From positions 1 through 24,000 of the forward strand of contig CAZHRF010000036.1 in NCBI GenBank assembly GCA_964534625.1: DNA of 24,000 nt, given 5' to 3'. The position numbers and the translations under genes are program-made. Source of the DNA: an uncultured archaeon. Lineage in GTDB: Archaea > Asgardarchaeota > Heimdallarchaeia > Heimdallarchaeales > Heimdallarchaeaceae. Below are positions 14,412 through 23,500 of the stretch, in pieces. Numbering within the stretch: position 1 is the first letter of the stretch; each line of letters starts with the position of its first letter. The notes under the pieces are model-generated. The model saw only the letters and a program-made list of their open reading frames with translations. It searched no databases and was not told where the DNA came from.

Positions 14412-15441
14412 CTCCTTTTGATATTACATGTCCGTAAGGTCTTTTCATAATAATTTTATCCAGATATGGGGTTAGTGCATTTAACGCCACAAGTGCAATA
14501 ATTGATCCTCCAAGTACATTTAGAAGTTGTAAAAAGAAAGTCAAAATTGCAAGGGATATACCGAATATATATTGTGATAGTTCAGGCATAGGTGTCGATT
14601 GGGGTTCAGTAGCCATAAAAAAGACCATGAAGATAACACTGCCAGTAAAGACATGAAATGCAATTCTTAAAATGATATCTCCTTGGAATAAACCCATAAT
14701 AAGAGCTAAACCAGTCATTGTCAATAGAGAACTTACTATGATTCTCCATTTGTACCTTAACCAATATGCTGCGATTGATCCTACAATAAGTACTAAGATA
14801 CCACAAGCTCCACCTATCCACCCGTGAGTTTGCCAAAAGAAAAGACTCTGGGCAGCGGACAAATCTTGTCCAAATAGACTTTCACGTTGGAATATCCACA
14901 TTGAAGCATTAAATCCTTCTGAAGTCCATAGGTTTAGATCTAAATGATGGGGATGAAATATCATACCAAGTTTTAGAGGCTCATCCAAAAAGAATAGTAT
15001 CGATAAGACAACCAGAGCTAACACTTTGGCAGCTGCAGCAGGATTCAGATATTTTCTTTCAAAATACTTACCTTGTCCATATTTGAACAAGAGAATAGTT
15101 AATAAGGCAACACCAGCTGTAGTGTAAAAAGGGGAAGCGATTGGCATACATAAACCAACTATCATTCCTGCCACAAGAGGGGACATTGGGGTTTCATAGG
15201 TGGGAGAAATGTTTTTCATTTTCTGGTATGAATAGATTAGACTATGAACAATCAATACCGTTCCTAAAGCGATGATTATATGAACAAATGCATCGACACC
15301 CATAATTATAATTGAAACTACTGCAATTATGGACAACATTAAAAATGTCTTCAGCATTAATTCATCTTTGGTAAATCCAATATGAATATGAGGGGGATTT
15401 ACATCTTTATAATTTACTGTTTTAGATTCTTCTGGGTTCAT
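14404..15441 (-). CDS. rnfD: RnfD/NqrB-family polytopic membrane protein (divergent)
   Basis: 345-aa hydrophobic ORF. 'YLNPAAAAKVLALVV', 'GWIGGACGILVLIVGSIAAYWLRYKWRI', 'FFMATEPQSTP' (cf. FFMATDPVTSP) and 'ALVALNALTPYLDK' appear in the order of RnfD/NqrB family signatures. Confidence 0.75.
   Translation of the reverse strand: MNPEESKTVNYKDVNPPHIHIGFTKDELMLKTFLMLSIIAVVSIIIMGVDAFVHIIIALGTVLIVHSLIYSYQKMKNISPTYETPMSPLVAGMIVGLCMPIASPFYTTAGVALLTILLFKYGQGKYFERKYLNPAAAAKVLALVVLSILFFLDEPLKLGMIFHPHHLDLNLWTSEGFNASMWIFQRESLFGQDLSAAQSLFFWQTHGWIGGACGILVLIVGSIAAYWLRYKWRIIVSSLLTMTGLALIMGLFQGDIILRIAFHVFTGSVIFMVFFMATEPQSTPMPELSQYIFGISLAILTFFLQLLNVLGGSIIALVALNALTPYLDKIIMKRPYGHVISKGGA
14409..14417 (-). promoter_or_regulatory. 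Strong Shine-Dalgarno (AAGGAGGTG) for rnfC embedded in the last codons of rnfD
   Basis: The reverse complement of 14409-14417 reads aaggaggtg. The rnfD stop (TAG, 14404-14406) is 1 nt from ATG 14402. This is a classic translational-coupling arrangement. Confidence 0.6.
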
Positions 15442-15545
15442 ATTTAATCTTTCATAGACAATTATTAAATGTTTTCTTTTTTAAAATTGTGTTAGACAGA
15501 GTTAAAGCACGACTATTTCCACTTCAAGAAAAAACGATTTATTTT

Positions 15546-15974
15546 TTAAGAAGAAAAACTCAATGCATAACCACATTTAGAGCAAAATTCATCTTTTTTG
15601 CTTTTCTTTACGCCACAGCTAGGACAAAACGCAATTTTTTTAATCTTGGATAATTCTTCTCCGCACTTTGAGCAAAACTCTTCTTCTTTTTTAAGTTTAT
15701 TTCCACAACTCGCACAATATTTAATACTTTTTACCACTTGTTGCTTTCTTTGTGGTTTTCTACTCTTTAACAATCGAATCTGTATCAAAACCATCACCAA
15801 CAAAATAAAACCAACTGATGCTATGACAACAAATACTATATCACCAGGTTGAACCAATAGCTTTTTATTATCTATTAGATTTGAAATCAGTCCATAGCTA
15901 CCATAAATGAGTCCAGCTATACCAAACAACAATTCTGTTACAATCCACGTTATTTTATCAATTTGAGATGGCAC
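15546..15974 (-). CDS. Membrane-anchored double zinc-ribbon protein
   Basis: 142-aa ORF with a GTG start. Two N-terminal hydrophobic helices and a basic linker. Then an internally duplicated unit 'C(A/P)SCG..KK..(E/D)EFCSKCG' (four CxxC pairs). Confidence 0.6.
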   Translation of the reverse strand: MPSQIDKITWIVTELLFGIAGLIYGSYGLISNLIDNKKLLVQPGDIVFVVIASVGFILLVMVLIQIRLLKSRKPQRKQQVVKSIKYCASCGNKLKKEEEFCSKCGEELSKIKKIAFCPSCGVKKSKKDEFCSKCGYALSFSS

Positions 15975-16086
15975 AGATAAATATTTACTCCATCATATAA
16001 ATTTATTTTCCTCATTTTAATGTAATTGATAATAAAAAAGAAAAAAACACGTTACAAGCATATTAAATCCAAAATGTAGTATAAAC

Positions 16087-17496
16087 TCATAAATTGTTAT
16101 TAAAATATGATTCAAATTCTTGATTACTCAATATTCTATTCAATTCAGTATCTAATCTACTCTGTTCCATCATCAAACTACGTAATAGTTCATTCATTTT
16201 TCTAGTATTCCCTATTGTTTTTCTTCTTTGAATTAAGGACATTATTCTCCGTCTATTTTCTAAAAGTTTAGCTCTTAAATTATCGATAATTACTCGTTTA
16301 CTGTCTTTTCTTCTAATTTCAGTTCTCACTTCTCGTTTGTTTAACAAATAACCTTTTAAGAACTCCATATGTTCTTCATTGTTACGTTTCAAAAGATTAA
16401 TTGGTACAGTTTGATCCCGTATTTTTTCTATAATCTTTATGTTACTTATATTATAGTCGATATAATTATTTTTAATTTCAAAATACGTAGGAAGTTCATT
16501 AATTACTTTTTTTCTTCCAATCAACTTGTATATATCAGTATTTGTACGGAATTGTAACATTTCACCAAAAAAGAAAGACTCTTCCTTTGTTGGAGAAGTG
16601 AAAGAGAACAAACTAACAACACGGTCTAGTTTGATTCTAACATTGAAAAGTCCTTTCTCCCTTAAGAAATACAGATTATTGGTGGTAAAAACTAAGGTAT
16701 ACTTTTTAATTAAACCATTATTAATCCTCACATTAATTCTAGGAATGATAGCAATCAGTTCTTCTTGGGTTGAAGGTAATACTCTATGTATCTTTTTTAG
16801 TAAAGACCAATGATAGATAATATAATCAGTCTTTTTTTCAACCTTTTTGAATTCAAGTTCAAGATTATTAATTGATTTATTGATATTTTGTTTTAAATTG
16901 TCAAACCGAGTATCAAGAGCAGAAAGTAATTCTTCTGTAATCTCTATATGTTTAAGACTGACAAATCGCAAATAGTTCACAGATTCCAGTCGCTTCTTGA
17001 TCATAGAAAAAGCTTCTGAATCAAATTTTCGTAAGTGGTCAATGAATTCACTAATTTTTACCTGTAAAATAGTCAATTCTTGCTCTATCTCAGGAAATAG
17101 TTTGAGTTTGGCTTGTCGTCCTAGATGAACAATTTTAACTAGGTTATTGAATCTGTCAGTTAGATTCCTGATCGGCCCATAATACTCATATAAGCGGTCA
17201 TAACTTTTGTAAATCCTACTTGGAAGACTCTCATGATATGATTCGCCATCTTCAACGGTAGGACTACCACACATCTTACAAAACTTTAGTGCCATATATT
17301 TGGTGTGGTGTATATTGGTTTTACATTTATTACATATAGGTTCATTAGACTCTCTTTTGCAGTTATAGCAATAATAATTAACACTCCGTGTATAAACATG
17401 TTCTTTACAGAGAATGTTTTTACAAGATGTACAATAATATTTAGCTTGTAGAGAACAATAATTACAGTTAACAACCATGGGCATGAGAACCACCAA
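16087..17496 (-). CDS. Cys-rich (B-box-like zinc finger + zinc ribbons) coiled-coil protein with central beta-rich module
   Basis: The ORF is 469 aa from TTG 17496. ATG 17484 ('MPMVVNCNYC') is more likely, with a GGTGG motif 7 nt upstream. Ligand spacing is C-x2-C-x7-C-x2-C-x4-C-x2-H, followed by three more CxxC pairs. Long heptad regions at aa ~100-235 and ~385-460. A beta-rich segment lies at aa ~245-345. Confidence 0.6.
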   Translation of the reverse strand: MVVLMPMVVNCNYCSLQAKYYCTSCKNILCKEHVYTRSVNYYCYNCKRESNEPICNKCKTNIHHTKYMALKFCKMCGSPTVEDGESYHESLPSRIYKSYDRLYEYYGPIRNLTDRFNNLVKIVHLGRQAKLKLFPEIEQELTILQVKISEFIDHLRKFDSEAFSMIKKRLESVNYLRFVSLKHIEITEELLSALDTRFDNLKQNINKSINNLELEFKKVEKKTDYIIYHWSLLKKIHRVLPSTQEELIAIIPRINVRINNGLIKKYTLVFTTNNLYFLREKGLFNVRIKLDRVVSLFSFTSPTKEESFFFGEMLQFRTNTDIYKLIGRKKVINELPTYFEIKNNYIDYNISNIKIIEKIRDQTVPINLLKRNNEEHMEFLKGYLLNKREVRTEIRRKDSKRVIIDNLRAKLLENRRRIMSLIQRRKTIGNTRKMNELLRSLMMEQSRLDTELNRILSNQEFESYFNNNL

Positions 17497-17967
17497 TAAG
17501 AAAATTTGGTGAGATTCTTTTTAATAAAATGTAATATCCAGAAGATGATTGAGAGAAGATATAATGAACTACCTCACCCTAAAGGATTTTCCCCTCCTTT
17601 CTTAGTTCTTTTTTATTCAAAAAAACTTTGTATTCTAAAAGCGCATTGCTTTTTTTTCGCCATTCATCCCACCCCTCAAGGAGTGAGCATTCTAGCTATA
17701 TTATAGTAAAAGTAGCTTTAAGTAGCTTCAATGAAAGGCAAATAAAATGAGAATAAGAGTGGAGTAGTATAGAGGATATAATCTAAAAACTAATCAATAA
17801 AAACACAAAAAGAGTTTAATGATATCTAAATTAGAGAAGAGCCCAATCTGTGACTATTTATAATAAGGGGGGTGAAATTTATTTATTTTTCTATTCATAG
17901 TCTAACCTTAGAAGTTATAACAGAGAGATGAAAAAGATAATTAAAAACCCTTGTAAGAGGTAAATAG

Positions 17968-19107
17968 ATGATTGAAAAAAAACCTACTCCAACTATGTTC
18001 ATTCTTCATGCTTATCAACCAGTTACACAAGAAAAAAAGGTATTCCAACGTATAATTGAAAATTGTTATGTACCTTTCTTTAAAAGGTTAAGAGAAAATA
18101 AAAACGCAAAAATTGTTTTAAATATTACTGGTTGTTTAATTGAACGACTAGTCAAAGAGAATGCGAAGGTTATTGAATTAATACAAGCCAATATTCAAAG
18201 TGGACAAATTGACTTGATGGGGTCAGCTTTTTATCATCCTATTTTACCCTTCCTATCCCCCAAAGAAATCCAATATCAGATACAAAAACAGACAAATATA
18301 ATACGTAAAGAATTCAATTATGACCCTCAAATATTCTTTCCGCCTGAATTAGCAATTAGCCCGGACATTATTGAATCAATAATAGATGAAGGATTCAAAG
18401 CAATTATTGGTCCAACCAATAGTCACCAATTTACATTCAGAGGCTTATATGAAACATTAGAAAAAAACATCATTATTTTAAATAGGGAAAAAAATATCAG
18501 CAATGGTATTTCTTTTAACGGATACAAGGGTCAAATTGAATCTGTTATTTATGATATTAGAAGTTCTTTTGAGCAACACCAATACCCAGTCATCATAGCC
18601 ATGGACTTGGAAACATATGGAGAACACATCCCCAATTATTATCAATTTTTTTATAGATTAGCTTCAAAACTTTTAACCATCACACACAAAGAATTATTAG
18701 AGCAATTTTCAGTTAAAAAAACCATCAACAATTTGATCCCTTCTTCTTGGTCGACTTCAGTAGATGATTTGAAGCAGGGGATATACTTTCCCTTGTGGGA
18801 TCATCCAGATAATAGCATACATCAATTACAACACTTACATACTTCACTCTTAGATTATTGTATTGAACACGTTTCTGTTGATGAGAGCACATATGACAAG
18901 TATCAAGCATCAAAATATTCATGTCAATATTGGTGGGCGTCAGGACATTGGTGGAGTAAAAAACTAATTAGGTTAGGTTTAGACTACCAAAAAGATGTTT
19001 TAAGCTTGATTTCCCCTCACTTGCCCTCAAATACAAAGCAAGCAGTTATAAAGCAATCTGAAAATATTATTAGACGTATTGACAGAATATTAGATATTAA
19101 GAAGTGA
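17968..19107 (+). CDS. Glycoside hydrolase family 57 protein (alpha-glucan active)
   Basis: 379-aa ORF. GH57 conserved regions in order: 'LHAYQP', 'GQIDLMGSAFYHPILPFL', 'FFPPELAIS' (nucleophile Glu region), 'AMDLETYGEH' (acid/base Asp region) and 'CQYWWASGHWW'. A GAGGT motif lies 7 nt before the ATG. Confidence 0.8.
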   Translation: MIEKKPTPTMFILHAYQPVTQEKKVFQRIIENCYVPFFKRLRENKNAKIVLNITGCLIERLVKENAKVIELIQANIQSGQIDLMGSAFYHPILPFLSPKEIQYQIQKQTNIIRKEFNYDPQIFFPPELAISPDIIESIIDEGFKAIIGPTNSHQFTFRGLYETLEKNIIILNREKNISNGISFNGYKGQIESVIYDIRSSFEQHQYPVIIAMDLETYGEHIPNYYQFFYRLASKLLTITHKELLEQFSVKKTINNLIPSSWSTSVDDLKQGIYFPLWDHPDNSIHQLQHLHTSLLDYCIEHVSVDESTYDKYQASKYSCQYWWASGHWWSKKLIRLGLDYQKDVLSLISPHLPSNTKQAVIKQSENIIRRIDRILDIKK

Positions 19108-19113
19108 GAGATT

Positions 19114-20574
19114 ATGAAGGTTGTATTTTGTTCTGCTGAGGTCTTCCCGTTTTCAAAAACTGGGGGATTAGCAGATGTATCCAATTCTATCCCAAAAGAA
19201 ATAAGCAAGTTAGGACATGATGTAGTTATTATTACTCCATTATACAAATTTATTAACCTAGAAGATTACTCCATTGAGTTAAAAAATGAACACTTGTATA
19301 CATTTATCGGAGACTTCAGAGAAACATTTGCTTTATATGAATCTATTTTACCTGATAGTGATGTAAGAGTTTACTTTGTTAGACATCCATATTTATACAG
19401 AGACGGAATTTACACAGATAATGATGATGAAGAGTATCCCGACAATGCAATGAGATTTTTATTTTTTAGCAAAGTTATATTTGCTGTTTTAGAGTATCTC
19501 TCTTTTTCACCAGATATAATCCACGTTAATGATTGGCATACTGGTCTTGTTCCCTTTTTTCATAAAACGGAGTTTATAAAAAAGTATTATTTTAAAGACA
19601 CAAAAACAGTTTTCACTATTCATAACATAGGGTATCAAGGGAGTTATGCTTTTGATAAAATCAGTCGTGCTGATATTCCGGACAAATATTTTACTGAAGA
19701 CTTTATTGTTCATTATGATTTAGCCAATTTTATGAAGACAGGCATAGTCTTTGCAGATATAGTTACAACAGTTAGTCAACAATATAGTATAGAGATAGGC
19801 ACTAAAGAATATGGACATGGATTGGAAGGTTCAATTCAAAAACGTAAGAACGATTTATATGGCATTGTACATGGTATTGATTACTCACAATGGGATCCTA
19901 AAACAGATCCATATATTGAAACTAATTATGATCATACAGAATTAAAAGGCAAAAAGGAATGTAAGAGGGCGTTACAACAAGAATTGGGCCTTGAACAAAC
20001 AGATAAGCCACTATTAGGCATTGTTTCTCGTCTCGCTTATCAGAAAGGTCTAGATTTGGTACTCGAAAAATTTGATGAAATACTTGGATTAGGTGTCCAA
20101 CTAGTCTTATTAGGGACAGGAGATAAGCAACTTGAAAAACAATTTAAAGAAAAACAAAAAGAATATCCACATAACTGTTCTATAAACATCACTTTCAACA
20201 ACGAACTAGCTCACAAAATTGAAGCAGGAGTAGATCTATTTTTAATGCCCTCACGTTATGAACCATGTGGATTAAACCAAATGTATTCAATGATTTATGG
20301 TACTATCCCTATTGTCAGAAAGACTGGTGGTTTGGCGGATACAGTTCAAGAGTACAATTTGAAAAAGCAAACAGGAAATGGTTTTATATTTGAAAATTAT
20401 GATCCCGATGAATTTTTGGATGCAATTAAACGAGCTGTCCAGCTTTATAAAAACAGACCTAAGTTGTGGAAATCTCTTGTCAAAAAAGTAATGCAAATTG
20501 ATTTTGCATGGAAAAAAGTTGCAAAAGAATGGGAGAGAATATACAAAAAAGTTCATTCTTTGTGTAATATGTAA
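19114..20574 (+). CDS. glgA: Glycogen/starch synthase (GT5)
   Basis: 486-aa ORF. N-terminal 'SAEVFPFSKTGGLADV' and C-terminal 'MPSRYEPCGLNQMYSMIYGTIPIVRKTGGLADTV' signatures. It starts 6 nt after the GH57 stop. Confidence 0.92.
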   Translation: MKVVFCSAEVFPFSKTGGLADVSNSIPKEISKLGHDVVIITPLYKFINLEDYSIELKNEHLYTFIGDFRETFALYESILPDSDVRVYFVRHPYLYRDGIYTDNDDEEYPDNAMRFLFFSKVIFAVLEYLSFSPDIIHVNDWHTGLVPFFHKTEFIKKYYFKDTKTVFTIHNIGYQGSYAFDKISRADIPDKYFTEDFIVHYDLANFMKTGIVFADIVTTVSQQYSIEIGTKEYGHGLEGSIQKRKNDLYGIVHGIDYSQWDPKTDPYIETNYDHTELKGKKECKRALQQELGLEQTDKPLLGIVSRLAYQKGLDLVLEKFDEILGLGVQLVLLGTGDKQLEKQFKEKQKEYPHNCSINITFNNELAHKIEAGVDLFLMPSRYEPCGLNQMYSMIYGTIPIVRKTGGLADTVQEYNLKKQTGNGFIFENYDPDEFLDAIKRAVQLYKNRPKLWKSLVKKVMQIDFAWKKVAKEWERIYKKVHSLCNM

Positions 20575-20597
20575 AGTTCATTCTTTGTGTAATATGT
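20548..20597. repeat. Perfect 25-bp tandem direct duplication (aaagttcattctttgtgtaatatgt x2) at the convergent glgA / GH13 gene ends
   Basis: Read directly: 20548-20572 is identical to 20573-20597. The glgA stop codon TAA (20572-20574) spans the copy junction. The GH13 stop (reverse complement of 20578-20580) lies in copy 2. Confidence 0.9.
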
Positions 20598-23500
20598 TTT
20601 TTACTTTATATTCCGAATCTTCTGCTTTCCTCTTCAAATTTTTCATGGATTCTTGTAAAGCAAATATCGGTTTTTGATCTTCTTCTCCTCTAATGATTTT
20701 GTTTTTATATTCAAGAAGTGATAACAGATATAACCATTCTATAAATGTCTCATATTTTTCTTTATTGAACCATAAGACACCTTTAAAATCGTTTACTTCA
20801 AGATAAGATGTCCCTTTGACATCATTAAACAAGGTATCAAATAGAGTTTTATAGTCCGCTCTCTCTACTGGCATTTTTCTAGTAACTATAAGCAAAGGGA
20901 GTAAATTCAATATCGTCTCAGGATTAAATTCTGTTTTTTCTTTGACAATTTGTTCAATTACGTGTTTTAAGAATAACTCATCCATCATTCCCAAAGTAAT
21001 TGTATTTACATTTTTTGTATCAATAAGCTTCCCTATATCCTTTAACAATAAATTCAGTATTATTATAAGATAGAGTCCTTCTTTCTTGTTTTCCGACAGA
21101 AGATGACCCACATATTCTTCACATAAAATCTTACTTTCCTTTGCTTGTTCTAAATTGTTTTTTAGATAAATTAAATTCAGTAATTGGTTCTTGAAGTGAG
21201 TGAGCATTTCTTCTACTATTTCTTGATTTTTTGTCTCTACTTTTCTAATCACTTCTTCAATAAACACCTTATAACTTGTAAGTGCTGTATCTATTTTTCC
21301 TTCTTTAATACCTTTTGTGCACCTTTCTACACTTTGTTTAAATGCACTATGAACGTGCTTGAAATTAATTAATCTTATTTCATTACGTATACTTTTTGTT
21401 CCTCTCCCCTTTAGCTCTTTGTATACTTCTGCGTATAACTCATTTCTTGTATCTTTTATCTCATAAAAATTAACGAATACATGATATTGATACGCATTTA
21501 GCTCAATATACAAGCCCTTACTGTGTATTTCTTTACTCTTTCTGATATATTTCAATCCACTTATACTATCTTTAAAACAACAAAAATATCCTCTTTTATT
21601 GGTTAAATTGAGAACGTTAGCTAAAGTTGTTGTTTTCTTTATCTTTTCTTCAGCTGTCTTCACCACATATGCTTCTGAATCTTTTATCCAACCTCTGGCT
21701 TCTGCATATTTATTGTGATATAAAACCAATGACTGCTCATTTTCTATGCCATTTGAATATGCAAATATATTTTCTTGTACGTTTCCAGTTCCGTCTTTTA
21801 CATTATATAACCGGAAATTTTTACTTTCAGCAAATAAATACCTTTTTCTAAGCAATGGGACAATTATATTTTCATGTTTATTTACCAGTTCAATATCTTC
21901 TCTTTCATCCCAATACGCCTGTCTATATTCCATCCCATATTTTTCTGAGAAACCTTGAAACTGTCCATGTCCAAACATTGGAAGGCCAGGTAAAGTTGCC
22001 AATAAAACACAAACCCCGAAGTATTTATCTCCTTTCCCAAATTGTATAACAGCCGGTTCTTCATCTGGATTATTCATAAAATTAACAAAACGCTTCAAAA
22101 TTTCTGGATCAAACTCTAATGTGTTTTTTATTGTCTCTCGATATTTTTGATTTTCCTCATTTTTCAACATGTTCATGAATGCACTATTATAGACTCTGTG
22201 CATCCCCAAACTTCTTACAAAATACCCTTCTAATAACCAAAATGCTTCAGCTAATAGAAGCGTATTTGGTGCTTCTTGAGCTATTCTATCTACAACTTCT
22301 CTCCAGAACTCTTTAGGCATTAACTTATCAAATTCTTCTTTTGATAAACCATGTTCTGCACGAGAGGGTATTCCACCCCCTTTTCCCGGTTCAGGATACC
22401 ATAACCGTTGAAAATGTTGTTTTGTTAGGACCATGGCGGCATCAAACCTAATTATAGGAAAGAGTTTTGCTACATGAATTATTTTATTTATTACTGCCTC
22501 TCTCACTCTTTCTTTTAAAAAGTCTAATTGTGCTGTGTCATTCCAAGGCATATCCGTACCGTCATTTCCATGATAAATATAATTAACAGCGCCATTCTGG
22601 AAATCTACTCTTTTAAAGACTACAGCAGCATCAGTTCTAGTATAATAGTGGTCTTCCAAGTATAGTCCCATCCTAGGATCTGAAGACAAGTTTTCTCCTT
22701 CAAAGATATATGAAGGAAAGGGACTTTCTAATACTGATATAAACCAATCTGGATGTTCAATTAACCACTTGGAATCTAAGCCAGTATGATTAGGTACCAT
22801 ATCACCAGATAACCTTATTCCACGTTTTTTTGTTTGATCCTTTAAATATACGTAAGATTCATATCCACCTAGATCTGTGGCTATTTGATAATCATATAAT
22901 GAATACGCAGAAGCTTCTGCTTCCGGATTGCCCATTTTTCGTTTAATTTTTTTAGATATTTTGCTTCTTTCCCAAAGTCCAATTAACCATAAGGCATTAA
23001 ATCCCCATTTGGCCAATTGATCTAGTTCCTCGTCTGGTATTTCATCCAATCGGGATATTGGACGCTTATATTTTTTCGATAATTGATTCAACCAGACATA
23101 AGTATTCTTTGCTACAAGAACTACTTTGGGCATCCAATTTTCATCCGGGCTATATCTCTCTTGTCCTTCTATTCCTTCATAATACAAAATGTGAGCTTCA
23201 CCCGGCCCTCCTCCTCTAAAAACTTGTTCTTCCTCGATTACACCTATACTTGTAAGTATTCTACTTATCATATGTTCTGGCAGGAAATCCCAATTTTTCT
23301 GTATATAATCCAATTGATCTTTCAGATCAGAGGAATGTACAATAGGTTTAAATATAAAATCAACAAGAGTTTCATTTTTGAAAGATTTTGTTTGCAATTC
23401 TTCCTTTATACGATGGGTAAAATCTTTATATTCGGTTATTTTTTTTATGTCTTCATCCGAAATTAAATAACGAGAACCTTCTATTGCCAAATTACTATTG

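Noticed and set aside
17506-17706. 66-aa ORF in the 471-bp divergent spacer between the B-box-like gene and GH57
   Set aside because: It has no Shine-Dalgarno-like motif, odd composition and sits in a promoter region. I also looked for a structured RNA here (short ggtgag/ctcacc and ctcctt/aaggag complementarities) but found no convincing extended stems.
20548-20597. Interpreting the 25-bp duplication as a target-site duplication of a mobile element
   Set aside because: The two copies are directly adjacent with nothing inserted between them, and no transposase or integrase is nearby. It is kept as a plain tandem duplication.
21184-22064. Cluster of 60-74-aa ORFs on both strands inside the GH13 gene, also 23083-23466 and 20287-20556
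   Set aside because: All lie within or antisense to long, motif-supported CDSs (GH13, glgA). They are short and low-complexity with no start-site signals.
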